Source of the DNA: Thermodesulfobacteriota bacterium
Lineage (GTDB): Bacteria > Desulfobacterota > BSN033 > UBA1163
Assembly: GCA_036769565.1 (NCBI GenBank)
Contig: DAIPKW010000001.1
Location: forward strand, 44,416 to 108,415
Direction of reading: 5' to 3'
Length of the DNA: 64,000 nucleotides
Of this stretch, positions 1 to 9,391 are shown in pieces; positions within the stretch are counted from its first letter, which is position 1, and each line of letters opens with the position of its first letter. The notes under the pieces are model-generated. The model made no database searches. It was not told the origin of the DNA and saw only the letters and a program-made list of their open reading frames with translations. Both the position numbers and the translations under genes were made by a program.

Positions 1-24
1 CCGTAGGGTCAATGACTTTCAATC

Positions 25-53
25 TTGACAAAATAAGGGCTTCCCCTTATAAT
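25..53 (+). promoter_or_regulatory. sigma70-type promoter for the fur-feoB operon: TTGACA, 17 bp spacer, TATAAT
   Basis: TTGACA at 25-30, a 17-bp spacer, TATAAT at 48-53, about 35 bp upstream of the GTG start of fur. Confidence 0.5.
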
Positions 54-72
54 GAAATTGAAATTCAATTTC
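54..72 (+). promoter_or_regulatory. Fur-box-like 19-bp hexamer palindrome, GAAATTGAAATTCAATTTC
   Basis: Three hexamer units (GAAATT, GAAATT, inverted AATTTC) sit immediately after the -10 box. This matches Fur box architecture (GATAAT hexamers) with a different hexamer. The position suits autoregulation of fur-feoB. Confidence 0.35.
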
Positions 73-88
73 AAAAAGGGAAAAGCCT

Positions 89-538
89 GTGGAGGCTCAA
101 CAATTCAAGACCCGAATTTCCAAAGAAGGCCTAAAGTCCACCCGGCAGCGAGCCAAGATCATTGATGTCTTTCTCAATTCCACCGGTCATAAAAACCTCG
201 CCCAAATTTATGCCCAAGTCGCCCGGATGGACCCGAAGATTGGCTACACCACGGTCTACCGAACCCTTAAGCTTCTCACCCGACTGGGTCTGGCTGCCCA
301 GCGGAAATTTGCCGATGGAGAGACCCGATATGAGCCAACTCAGGAGGGAACGCACCACGACCATCTCATCTGTTTAGGGTGTGGCAAGATCGTTGAATTC
401 GAAGACGAAGTCCTCGAATCCCTGCAAAACCGAATCGCTCAGCAGAATGGTTTCCACATCCTCCAGCACCGAATGGAACTTTATGGTTACTGCAATTCAT
501 GTGGTAGAAAGAAACCTTCTCTTAGGAGAAAGGATTGA
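89..538 (+). CDS. fur: Fur family metal-uptake transcriptional regulator
   Basis: 149 aa. Fur-like N-terminal winged helix, the HHDHLICLGCGKIVEF metal-site motif and a C-terminal CxxC. GTG start. Overlaps the feoB start by 4 bp. Confidence 0.85.
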   Translation: MEAQQFKTRISKEGLKSTRQRAKIIDVFLNSTGHKNLAQIYAQVARMDPKIGYTTVYRTLKLLTRLGLAAQRKFADGETRYEPTQEGTHHDHLICLGCGKIVEFEDEVLESLQNRIAQQNGFHILQHRMELYGYCNSCGRKKPSLRRKD

Positions 539-2508
539 TGGCTCCCTATAGAAAAAAAACGGAATCTGAAGATCACCGGCTCGAAAGAGTCATCCTGATC
601 GGCAATCCCAACGTGGGAAAGTCCGTTATCTTCAACTATCTTACGGGCAAATATGTCACCGTTTCTAACTACCCTGGAACTACGGTCGAAGTGGCCACCG
701 GCACGATGTCCATAAAAGGGAAACGATTTCAAGTGGTCGATACTCCAGGAATCAACTCCCTCATCCCTACGTCAGAGGATGAGAAGGTCACACGCGACAT
801 TCTTCTTAAAGAACCTTTCGCCCATCTGCTTCAGGTCATGGACACAAAGAATCTGCGACGAGGACTCCTTATCTCTCTCCAACTCCTCGAGATGGGGTTT
901 CCCTTTCTCGTTGTCCTCAACATGTGGGATGAAGCCAAAAGCTGGGGGATTGACGTCAACCCGAAAAAACTCTCCGAAATTCTTGGAATGCCGGTTCTCA
1001 AAGCCATAGCCACTCGGCGAAGAGGTTTGGAAAAGATAAAAGAAAACCTCGCCTCCCATCCTCCCCCCTCTCCTGACATTGCCTATCCCGATGCGATTGA
1101 GAATGGCATATCCCGTATCACTTCGATCCTCCCTGAGATTCCCATCTCTAAACGGTCTCTCGCACTGATGCTTCTGGCTGGTGACGAAAGCCTTATCGAA
1201 TGGCTCTACCAGAATCTACCCGAGGAGGATATCGGTCGAATAGAAAAGATTCGGTATGAGGTCCAGGCTCGATTTCGTGATCCCATCGGATACCTGATCA
1301 ATCAGGCCCGTCTTCGAAAGGCGGATGAGATTCTCTCCCTTGTGGGAAGATCGGCCGAGAAGATTCCAAGAACCTTCGCCACTTCTCTCGGAAATCTGAT
1401 GATCCATCCATTCTGGGGAATTCCTTTTCTGCTCTGTATCCTCTTTCTCACGTATGAGTTTGTTGGAGTCTTTGGCGCTCAGACCAGTGTCCAATTTTTG
1501 GAAGAAGTCCTCTTTGGCGAATGGCTGATTCCGCCTCTAACCAAACTAATTCGCCAATACCTACCCCTCCCCCTTCTTCAGGATCTCCTAATCGGCCCCT
1601 ATGGAATTTTCACCATGGCCATCACCTATGCCATTGCCATCGTTCTTCCCATTGTGGGCTGTTTCTTCATCATCTTCGGCTTGATGGAGGACTCGGGATA
1701 CCTACCGAGGTTGGCCGTCATGAGCAATCGAATCTTTAAGTGGATGGGGCTCAACGGCAAAGCGGTACTGCCCATGGTCTTAGGACTGGGCTGTGACACA
1801 ATGGCAACCATGACCACTCGTATTCTGGAGACGGAAAAGGATCGGATCACCGTCACTTTGCTATTAGCCCTTGGAGTTCCCTGTTCCGCCCAGCTCGGCG
1901 TCATCCTGGGTATGTTTTCAGACCTTCCGATTTTCTATCTCCTCACCTGGATTCTGGTCATCGGGCTCATCCTGGTCACAGTTGGATATTTAGCGGCGAG
2001 GCTTCTTCCAGGAGAAGGCTCTGATTTTATTCTCGAGATCCCTCCACTGCGGATTCCTCAGCTCCGCAACATCGTTGTAAAAACGCTTGCCCGGATCGAA
2101 TGGTACCTCAAGGAGGCAGTCCCCCTCTTCATCCTGGGAACCCTCTTCCTCTTCGCTCTCCATCAGACCAAAGGGTTAGCACTTTTGGAGAGGGTTTCTA
2201 CTCCATTGATCGTTCATCTCCTTGGTCTCCCTGCCAAGGCCACAGAGGCCTTCATCGTCGGATTCCTTCGGAGAGACTATGGTGCAGCGGGTCTCTTCAT
2301 CCTCGCCAAGGATGGACTCCTCAATCCACGCCAGATCCTGGTCAGCCTGGTGACGATCACACTCTTCATCCCTTGTATTGCCCAACTCTTCATGATGATT
2401 AAGGAGAGGGGATGGAAAAAGACCCTCTACATATCCGCTGTCATCTTTCCCATTGCCTTTGGAGTGGGAGGCCTGCTAAATTTTATTCTTAGAATTGTAG
2501 GGTTCTGA
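535..2508 (+). CDS. feoB: Ferrous iron transport protein B
   Basis: 657 aa. N-terminal G-domain GNPNVGKSVIFN...DTPG followed by a polytopic membrane domain. Confidence 0.9.
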   Translation: MMAPYRKKTESEDHRLERVILIGNPNVGKSVIFNYLTGKYVTVSNYPGTTVEVATGTMSIKGKRFQVVDTPGINSLIPTSEDEKVTRDILLKEPFAHLLQVMDTKNLRRGLLISLQLLEMGFPFLVVLNMWDEAKSWGIDVNPKKLSEILGMPVLKAIATRRRGLEKIKENLASHPPPSPDIAYPDAIENGISRITSILPEIPISKRSLALMLLAGDESLIEWLYQNLPEEDIGRIEKIRYEVQARFRDPIGYLINQARLRKADEILSLVGRSAEKIPRTFATSLGNLMIHPFWGIPFLLCILFLTYEFVGVFGAQTSVQFLEEVLFGEWLIPPLTKLIRQYLPLPLLQDLLIGPYGIFTMAITYAIAIVLPIVGCFFIIFGLMEDSGYLPRLAVMSNRIFKWMGLNGKAVLPMVLGLGCDTMATMTTRILETEKDRITVTLLLALGVPCSAQLGVILGMFSDLPIFYLLTWILVIGLILVTVGYLAARLLPGEGSDFILEIPPLRIPQLRNIVVKTLARIEWYLKEAVPLFILGTLFLFALHQTKGLALLERVSTPLIVHLLGLPAKATEAFIVGFLRRDYGAAGLFILAKDGLLNPRQILVSLVTITLFIPCIAQLFMMIKERGWKKTLYISAVIFPIAFGVGGLLNFILRIVGF

Positions 2509-2509
2509 A

Positions 2510-2701
2510 ATGGAAGGAACGAGTTTTTACCAATGCCCCCTTTGTGGGACAAGGTTCTCAGGTACGGAGATGACCTGCAAAGGATGTCTCCTCTCGAAGG
2601 AATGCAATCTGCTCTGTTGCCCCCATTGCGGATATTCTTATAAGGAACGCTCTGCGCTGGTAGATTTTTTCAAAACGTTATGGAGGAAGAAAAAACCATG
2701 A
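2510..2701 (+). CDS. Small Cys-rich zinc-ribbon-like protein in the feo operon
   Basis: 63 aa with two CxxC pairs plus further Cys residues and no TM segment. Sits 2 bp after the feoB stop and overlaps the dtxR start. No identifiable FeoA. Could be a FeoC-like or FeoB-associated small protein. Confidence 0.4.
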   Translation: MEGTSFYQCPLCGTRFSGTEMTCKGCLLSKECNLLCCPHCGYSYKERSALVDFFKTLWRKKKP

Positions 2702-3414
2702 ATCGCAATTCGAATTTTCCAGGTGGACCCCATCGGATGAGATGGGGAAACAGGAAAGATATTGAGGAGGACCGAATCGATGAGATTCTCGAATTGATCT
2801 GGACATTGAGGGAGAAGGGGGTCTCGGATCTGGACAAACTCTTTGAGGAGACGAAGGATGTTGAGGCGAGGTCAATCCTTCGTTTGATGATAAGGGATGG
2901 CCTCTTTGAAGTGGATGGAAACCGCATAATCCTCAAAGAGCGCGGAGAGGAGAAAGCCAAAGAGCTCATTCGGCGTCATCGCCTGACCGAGAGGCTTCTT
3001 TTAGAGATTTTTGAGATGTCTGAAGAAGAAGCGGAGCAGGAGGCATGTAAGTTTGAGCATATCCTGAGCCCGAGTGTGACGGATAGCGTCTGTACCTTTC
3101 TCGGTCATCCACCCACCTGCATCCATGGAAAGCCAATTCCAAGGGGTGAATGTTGCACCAAATTCAAAAAAGAGATGAAACCTCTCGTCATTCCCCTTGA
3201 GGAGCTTGGATTGGGTGAGAAGGGAAGAATCGTTTTCATCGCTCCAAGGTCACACCAGCGCCTTGACCGGCTCAGCACCTTGGGACTGGTCCCTGGGAGC
3301 GTTCTCCGGATGCATCAGAAGAACCCCTCCTATGTGCTTCAGATCGGAGAGACGACTCTCGCCTTGGATAGTGAGATAGTGAAAGATATTTACGTGAAGA
3401 AAGTTTTGGAATGA
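2698..3414 (+). CDS. DtxR/IdeR family metal-dependent transcriptional regulator with C-terminal SH3-like (FeoA-type) domain
   Basis: RRHRLTERLL...EACKFEHI...GKPIP matches the DtxR metal-binding and dimerisation core. C-terminal SH3-like domain. ATG at 2698 is preferred over 2680 because a GGAGG lies 10 nt upstream. Cys-rich linker CTFLGHPPTCIHG. Confidence 0.8.
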   Translation: MNRNSNFPGGPHRMRWGNRKDIEEDRIDEILELIWTLREKGVSDLDKLFEETKDVEARSILRLMIRDGLFEVDGNRIILKERGEEKAKELIRRHRLTERLLLEIFEMSEEEAEQEACKFEHILSPSVTDSVCTFLGHPPTCIHGKPIPRGECCTKFKKEMKPLVIPLEELGLGEKGRIVFIAPRSHQRLDRLSTLGLVPGSVLRMHQKNPSYVLQIGETTLALDSEIVKDIYVKKVLE

Positions 3415-3494
3415 GCCGCCATCGCCAATTCTCAAAGGTCAGGATGAGGGCTCATTGACGAACGATGATTATCAGTTATTTAAGAATGAATCGC

Positions 3495-5285
3495 TCACTT
3501 TTTGTTCGAAGATTCTTGGCGGCGGCGGTCCATCTCTTCCTGAATGAGTGCCCCAAGGCTATTGGACGTGGATCCCTGAGAGGACATATACCTTTCGATC
3601 TCTGCCTTCTCGATCTTCTCCTTCAATCCCTTCAGGCTAAGACCAATCCTTCGCTCCTGTGAATCGACATGGAGAACGATAGCCGAGACGGTATCTCCCA
3701 CCTTCAACACATCTGAAGGTTTTTCCACCTTCTCCCGGCTGATCTCAGAGACATGGATTAATGCCTCAATTCCTTCTTCCAGCTCAATGAAGGCGCCGAA
3801 ATCTGTGACATTGGTCACTCTTCCGCTGACCATCTCTCCTCTTCGATATTTCCGAGCTACTTCCTTCCAAGGGTCTGGGGTTAACTGCTTGATTCCGAGG
3901 GAGAAGCGTTCGTTCTTTGGGTCAATGCTCAACACCACAGCTTCCACCTCTTGCCCTTTCTTAAAGAGTTCGGCTGGGTGCCTGATCTTCTTCGTCCATG
4001 ACATCTCGGATACATGAACGAGCCCGTCCACGCCCTCTGCTAATCCAATGAAAACCCCAAAATCCGTAATTGTCTTCACTTTTCCCAAGACTCGGGTGCC
4101 AGGAGGATATTTCTCCGAAATAATGTCCCATGGGTTGGGTTTGACCTGTTTCATTCCCAAGGAGATCCTTCGCTTCACAGGATCGCAATCGAGGACCATC
4201 ACCTCCACGATGTCGCCAGTGCGGACGATCTTCGAAGGGTGCTTCATCCTTTTTCCCCAGGTCATTTCAGATATATGGACCAGGCCTTCGACACCCTCCT
4301 CAAGTTCGACAAAGACGCCATAATCGGTGATGTTGACCACCTTCCCTTGAACGCGTGCACCAACAGGATAATTCTCCAGAGCTAAATTCCAAGGGTCGGG
4401 AAGAACCTGTTTCAATCCTAATGAAACCTTTCCCTTTTCCGGATCGAAGTGAAGAACTTTTACCTTAATCTGATCTCCGACCGAAAGCTTCTCAGAGGGA
4501 TGTCCAACTCTCCCCCAACTGATATCCGTTATATGGAGAAGGCCATCCAGTCCACCCAGATCCACGAAGGCTCCGTAATCGGTTAGGTTTTTGACCGTCC
4601 CCTCAACAATCTCTCCCTCCTTGAGATGTTTGAGGGTCTCCTCTCTCTTTGCCTTTCTCTCTTCTTCTAAAAGAATCCGACGGGAGAGAACGATATTACT
4701 CCTTTTTCGGTTAAATTTGATGACCTTAAAACTCAATCGTTGGCCAATCAATTCGTCCAGGTTGTGAACCGGCTTTAGATCGAGCTGAGAACCAGGAAGA
4801 AAGGCAAAAATACCGCCGATATCGACAGAAAGGCCGCCTTTCACCTTGGAAACGATTTCACCCTCAATCACTTCACCTTCTCGACAAGAGCGGCTGATAT
4901 CCTTCCAGATATTGACCTTATCGGCCTTCTCTTTAGAGAGGATGAGCAAACCTCCCTCTCGATCCTTCTTCTCTAAAAGGACATCAATCTGATCACCCAC
5001 CTTCACATCGAGCTTCCGGTTTCGTTTTAAAAACTCCTGCATGGGAATCTGGCCTTCGCACTTATATCCCACATCTACTGTGACATGATCAGGTGTGATT
5101 TCGATAACCGTTCCCTTGAGAATCTGGCCTTCAGTAATCTCTTTAAAACTCTCCTCATAGAGTGCCTGAAAATTTTCTGCCTCTTCCTTTCGGGGAAGTT
5201 CTTTGATCCCCTCCTCTTTTCCTTCTTCTAAGGGAGTGGCCTCTTTGAACTCTTCCGAGTCAGGAACCCATTCGTCTTTAACCAT
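3495..5285 (-). CDS. rpsA: 30S ribosomal protein S1, long six-S1-domain form
   Basis: 596 aa with repeated S1 domain signatures (GxV..I....G.FV.L..G..GL.H.S). Confidence 0.9.
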   Translation of the reverse strand: MVKDEWVPDSEEFKEATPLEEGKEEGIKELPRKEEAENFQALYEESFKEITEGQILKGTVIEITPDHVTVDVGYKCEGQIPMQEFLKRNRKLDVKVGDQIDVLLEKKDREGGLLILSKEKADKVNIWKDISRSCREGEVIEGEIVSKVKGGLSVDIGGIFAFLPGSQLDLKPVHNLDELIGQRLSFKVIKFNRKRSNIVLSRRILLEEERKAKREETLKHLKEGEIVEGTVKNLTDYGAFVDLGGLDGLLHITDISWGRVGHPSEKLSVGDQIKVKVLHFDPEKGKVSLGLKQVLPDPWNLALENYPVGARVQGKVVNITDYGVFVELEEGVEGLVHISEMTWGKRMKHPSKIVRTGDIVEVMVLDCDPVKRRISLGMKQVKPNPWDIISEKYPPGTRVLGKVKTITDFGVFIGLAEGVDGLVHVSEMSWTKKIRHPAELFKKGQEVEAVVLSIDPKNERFSLGIKQLTPDPWKEVARKYRRGEMVSGRVTNVTDFGAFIELEEGIEALIHVSEISREKVEKPSDVLKVGDTVSAIVLHVDSQERRIGLSLKGLKEKIEKAEIERYMSSQGSTSNSLGALIQEEMDRRRQESSNKK

Positions 5286-5353
5286 TCAACAAAACCCCCT
5301 TTGCCAGATGATGCAATCGTTTATACCATACCTAAAGAAAAAACACAAATACT

Positions 5354-6256
5354 TTAACGCTTCCGCCCCTTTAACCGATAGATCTCCTCTTCTACCTCTT
5401 TAATGATCCACGAGGGGGTCGAGGCCCCAGCGGTAAGTCCTATCCTTTCCTTGTTGAGCAGCCATTGAGGCACCAGCTCATCGGCTGTTTCAATGTGATG
5501 GGTCTGGGGTTGTACATGACGGCAGATGGCGGCTAATCTCTGGGTATTAGCGCTATTGTAGCCACCCACCACAATCATAGATTCCACCTTCTTTGCAATC
5601 TCAACGGCCTCTTTTTGACGGATTGTGGTCGCTTGGCAAATGGTATTGAATATTCTAACCTCTTTTGATTTTTCGAGGCTCGCTGCCACAATTTCTTTAA
5701 AGAGGCCAAAAGACTGCGTTGTCTGGACGATGATGCCCAGCTTCTTCCAAGGGCCAAGCCGCTCCAATATCTTTGGGCTTTCGACGACTTCCACCTCTTG
5801 ATCAAGATAACTGCAGATGGCCTCCACTTCTGGATGCTCTGCATCTCCCACAATCAATAGCAGATATCCGTTCCGGCGGAGAAACTTTGCATAATAATGG
5901 GCTCTCTTCACAATGGGACAGGTAGCGTCGACAACCCTCAAACGTCTCTTTTTAGCTTTTTCAAGGTCTCTCAATGGGACGCCATGGGAACGAAGAATGA
6001 GGGTCCCTCTCGAAATCGCCTCCACCCGGTCTTTCACCCTGACTCCCTGTTTTTCCAAATAATCGACAGCCTGAGGATTATGAATAAGGGGACCCAGCGT
6101 ATAGAGAGGAGCAGGATATTTCCGGGTAGCGTCAAGAGCAAGCTCCATGGCACGCTTCACTCCGAAACAGAATCCTGCTGACTTAGCGACGATCAGCTTC
6201 ACCCCATCTCCTCTTCTCGGCGACAATGCGAAGCATCCTCTCAACAACCTCCTCAA
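5354..6256 (-). CDS. ispH: 4-hydroxy-3-methylbut-2-enyl diphosphate reductase (IspH/LytB)
   Basis: SAGFCFGVKRA...HNP...DATCP..V...QTT...NTIC.AT motifs. The N-terminus overlaps the cmk 3' end, so the true start is probably an internal GTG near 6196. Confidence 0.85.
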   Translation of the reverse strand: MRRLLRGCFALSPRRGDGVKLIVAKSAGFCFGVKRAMELALDATRKYPAPLYTLGPLIHNPQAVDYLEKQGVRVKDRVEAISRGTLILRSHGVPLRDLEKAKKRRLRVVDATCPIVKRAHYYAKFLRRNGYLLLIVGDAEHPEVEAICSYLDQEVEVVESPKILERLGPWKKLGIIVQTTQSFGLFKEIVAASLEKSKEVRIFNTICQATTIRQKEAVEIAKKVESMIVVGGYNSANTQRLAAICRHVQPQTHHIETADELVPQWLLNKERIGLTAGASTPSWIIKEVEEEIYRLKGRKR

Positions 6257-6947
6257 CCGGCAGACAGGTTGAATCGATCAGAATGGCGTCCTCCGCCCTT
6301 TTGAGAGGAGAGATCGATCGGCTCATATCACTCCTGTCTCTTTCGACCACCTCCTTAAGGGTTTCACTCAAATCCACTTGTAGTCCCTTTTCAGAAAACT
6401 CCTGAAATCTTCTTCTCCCCCTCTCCTCTGGATCGGCATCTAAATAGAACTTCACATCGGCATCCGGAAAGACAACCGTGCCAATATCCCTTCCATCCAG
6501 CACCACACCTCCGGCCTTTCCAAAATCCCTCTGCATCCGGACGAGTGCCTCTCTCACCACTCTGCTCTTTGAAATATCCGAAGCCAAACGGCTAATCTCT
6601 GGAGAACGGATGGCATGAGTGACATCCTCTCCATTAGAGAAGAGATGCATTTCATCTCCTATGGCCGAAAAAGAGAGACGAATCGAAGAGACCAATTGGA
6701 AAAGGGCTACCTCATCTTCAAGTCCGATTCCACTCTCTTTCACCTTCAGGGCAAGGGCTCGATACATCGCCCCTGTGTCAATATAGAGATAATCCAGACG
6801 CTTTGCCAAGGCTTTTCCAACGGTACTCTTCCCAGCGCCTGTGGGTCCATCAATGGCAATGATCAATCTCTTCTCTCCCAAGATTCTGTCCTTTGAATGT
6901 GGTAAGGCAACAGGTATGAAACCCTTCTTGATGGATGCTGAGTCCAA
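6183..6947 (-). CDS. cmk: Cytidylate kinase
   Basis: IIAIDGPTGAGKSTVGKALAKRLDYLYIDTGAMYRA P-loop. The N-terminus appears extended by about 25 aa, so the start is uncertain. cmk-ispH-rpsA is a conserved arrangement. Confidence 0.8.
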   Translation of the reverse strand: MDSASIKKGFIPVALPHSKDRILGEKRLIIAIDGPTGAGKSTVGKALAKRLDYLYIDTGAMYRALALKVKESGIGLEDEVALFQLVSSIRLSFSAIGDEMHLFSNGEDVTHAIRSPEISRLASDISKSRVVREALVRMQRDFGKAGGVVLDGRDIGTVVFPDADVKFYLDADPEERGRRRFQEFSEKGLQVDLSETLKEVVERDRSDMSRSISPLKRAEDAILIDSTCLPVEEVVERMLRIVAEKRRWGEADRR

Positions 6948-6984
6948 TCGTCTTTTAGTCTAGTGGAAAAGACCAAACAACTAT

Positions 6985-7046
6985 ATGACTATTCAACTAT
7001 GAGACTATAAGACTAACTAACTGACTGACTGACTGACGATAGGTCT
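6985..7046. repeat. Short tandem repeat tract: GACTAT-type units followed by (CTAA)2(CTGA)4
   Basis: tatgactat...tatgagactataagactaactaactgactgactgactgac in the cmk/ald intergenic region. Places stop codons in all three forward frames. Confidence 0.6.
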
Positions 7047-7052
7047 GGTTTA

Positions 7053-8189
7053 TCATATTGGAGGGGGATTTTCAAGGACAGGAGAAAAGGGATTGGCAAT
7101 ACAAGATATTCCAAAACTATGAGCAACGCCTTCGCAGACGACCGCTCCATCGATCAGATTTAACCCTTTACGCAACGCTTCATTCTCAGTCAAGGCCTTC
7201 TCATATCCCAGATCTGCCATTTGAAGGATGTAGGGGAAAGTGGCATTGGTGAGGGCAAAGGTGGCGGTTCTCGGATAGGCCCCTGGAATATTGGCAACGC
7301 AATAATGGACGACCCCTTCCTCAGTATAGGTGGGGTTTTCATGCGTTGTCGGTCTTGACGTCTCAAAACAGCCACCTTGATCCACGGAGACATCAACAAT
7401 GACTGAGCCGGGCCGCATTCGACTCAGCATCTGACGTGTCACCAATTTGGGCGCTTGGGCGCCTGGGATAAGAACCGCTCCGATCACAAGATCGGCATCT
7501 GCAATCTCTTCGCTGATGGTCATCCGGTTGGAGATAAAAGTGGTGATATGGCCCTGGGTGATATCATGGAGATAACTGAGCCTTTCAGGTCGCACATCGA
7601 GAACAGAGACCCGAGCTCCCATACCCACAGCGACTTTGCAGGCATTGGCACCGACAACACCTGCACCGAGAATGACCACTTTGGCCGGTGGAACGCCTGA
7701 GGCGCCACAGAGGAGGACGCCTCTTCCGCCATATCTCGATTCAAGACACATCCCGCCTGCAAGAATGGAGGCCCTGCCTGCAATCTCACTCATTGGTCTG
7801 AGCAAAGGAAGCGTACCGTCCCGCTCCTGAACGGTTTCATAACCGATACCAACGATTCTTGAGGATAATAATGCCTTGGTAAGAACCTTACTGGCAGCAA
7901 GATGAAGATAGGTAAAGAGAACTTGCCCTGGCCGGAGCAAAGGAAATTCCTGTTCTTGGGGTTCCTTCACCTTCACAATGAGATCAGCCTCTCTCCATAT
8001 TCGCCTCACATTCTCAATCAGGATGGCTCCGGCTCTTTCATACTCTCCATCACTGAAGCCGCTTCCCTCTCCTGCACCCATTTCGACCAAGACCTTATGA
8101 TGATGCGAAACTAGGGCATCCACTCCCTGAGGAGTCATGGCGACCCGCCTCTCTCCTTCTTTGATCTCTTTTGGAATTCCGATGATCAT
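7053..8189 (-). CDS. ald: Alanine dehydrogenase
   Basis: 378 aa. MIIGIPKEIK..ERRVA.TP N-terminus and the GAGVVG NAD-binding motif. Near-collinear with Bacillus Ald. Confidence 0.9.
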   Translation of the reverse strand: MIIGIPKEIKEGERRVAMTPQGVDALVSHHHKVLVEMGAGEGSGFSDGEYERAGAILIENVRRIWREADLIVKVKEPQEQEFPLLRPGQVLFTYLHLAASKVLTKALLSSRIVGIGYETVQERDGTLPLLRPMSEIAGRASILAGGMCLESRYGGRGVLLCGASGVPPAKVVILGAGVVGANACKVAVGMGARVSVLDVRPERLSYLHDITQGHITTFISNRMTISEEIADADLVIGAVLIPGAQAPKLVTRQMLSRMRPGSVIVDVSVDQGGCFETSRPTTHENPTYTEEGVVHYCVANIPGAYPRTATFALTNATFPYILQMADLGYEKALTENEALRKGLNLIDGAVVCEGVAHSFGISCIANPFSPVLENPPPI

Positions 8190-9391
8190 GCGGGACCTCC
8201 AACAGGGCGGGCGGTCAACTGTTTTGCGACAAAATCAACCATCTCTTCCGTTGCCTTCGAAAACTCTTTCGCCGTAGCGATCATGGCTGTATGTGAGACA
8301 AACTCATCTGGCGTCAATCCATCCTCTGCATAAGCCCTCTCAAAATAGGGAATTCGCAATAACCGATCGAGAACAGATCTGGGGATTTCCTCATCGATCT
8401 GGGAGGTGAATTCAGTCCCGTCCAAATGTTCCAACACTCCCTCAATAAAGGTAGGTGGGCAGGTGAATACAATATCGCCACCTGCCAATTTCTCCAAATG
8501 CCAGCAATGTTTCTTCCCGTCCATCTCTGGGCTAATCCTCATGGAGCAGATGAGCATCTTGCTCGGATATCCCCTCTCTTTTAAGAGTCGGTAAGCCTTC
8601 TTGAAAATGGCGATCTCAGCCCAACGGACATCCGCCTCGGAGAGGGGAATATGGAGCGTCTCCGCCTCCTTTCGAAGATCTCCCAGATCGCCATATCGTG
8701 CCGTCATATGGGTGATCACAGAACGCCAGCGAGATAGATCAACGCCATTCTGTTTGGCAATCTCCAGTCCTTCTTTGACCGCCTTCGCACAAGCCATCAG
8801 TTGGGGAAGAACAAAGGTGAGTGTATTATTCGTTGAAATTCCCTTCGATGTGAGAAACCGAATGACCTCATACCCTTCCTTGCTTCCTGGAACCTTAATC
8901 ATCACATTGGGGCTGAGGCTTGCCAGCTCCAGGGCTTGCGAAATCATCCTCTCTTTGTTTGTCAAATTTCGAGGGTCAACCTGTCCTGAAAGATATCCAT
9001 ACCGGTATCCGGACTGGTTAAAAACCTCCAGATACATCTCCGCCCCTCTTCGGACAATCTCCTTATAGGTCATCCAAAAGAGCGATTCTTTGTCAACCTC
9101 AGGGTTTCTTTCAATCAAGTCGCGAATGATTTCGTTCACGAACGATTCTCTTGCCTTGATCACCCCCAGGGAAAGGGGAGGGTTGGTCGTTACACCTCGA
9201 AAGAGGGTTCTGCCAGGAGCCTCTGGGTCGTAGAGCCTCTTCAATTGCTCCTGTAACTCATCCCTCTTTTCAGCGGAGGCCTTCTTCAGGACACCCTCCA
9301 TCCATGAAGCATAGACCAGTGGAGAAGAATCCCACCAGATCTCCAAGCCTGGATGAGTCTTCATCAACTTTTCAAGAGGGGTCGGTTTCAT
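8186..9391 (-). CDS. tal: Transaldolase family protein, long form
   Basis: 401 aa. VTTNPPL and the Schiff-base IKVPGSKEG...TNNTLTFVLPQLMACA block align to TalB active-site regions. 4-bp overlaps with both neighbours. Confidence 0.7.
   Translation of the reverse strand: MKPTPLEKLMKTHPGLEIWWDSSPLVYASWMEGVLKKASAEKRDELQEQLKRLYDPEAPGRTLFRGVTTNPPLSLGVIKARESFVNEIIRDLIERNPEVDKESLFWMTYKEIVRRGAEMYLEVFNQSGYRYGYLSGQVDPRNLTNKERMISQALELASLSPNVMIKVPGSKEGYEVIRFLTSKGISTNNTLTFVLPQLMACAKAVKEGLEIAKQNGVDLSRWRSVITHMTARYGDLGDLRKEAETLHIPLSEADVRWAEIAIFKKAYRLLKERGYPSKMLICSMRISPEMDGKKHCWHLEKLAGGDIVFTCPPTFIEGVLEHLDGTEFTSQIDEEIPRSVLDRLLRIPYFERAYAEDGLTPDEFVSHTAMIATAKEFSKATEEMVDFVAKQLTARPVGGPA

Noticed and set aside
2698-3414. 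FeoA fused to a regulator
   Set aside because: The C-terminal SH3-like domain is the normal third domain of DtxR/IdeR regulators, which share the FeoA fold, and not a separate FeoA.
6985-7046. A synthetic three-frame stop linker, suggesting vector contamination
   Set aside because: The flanking sequence is native cmk and ald coding sequence with no vector-like elements. A natural microsatellite is more likely.
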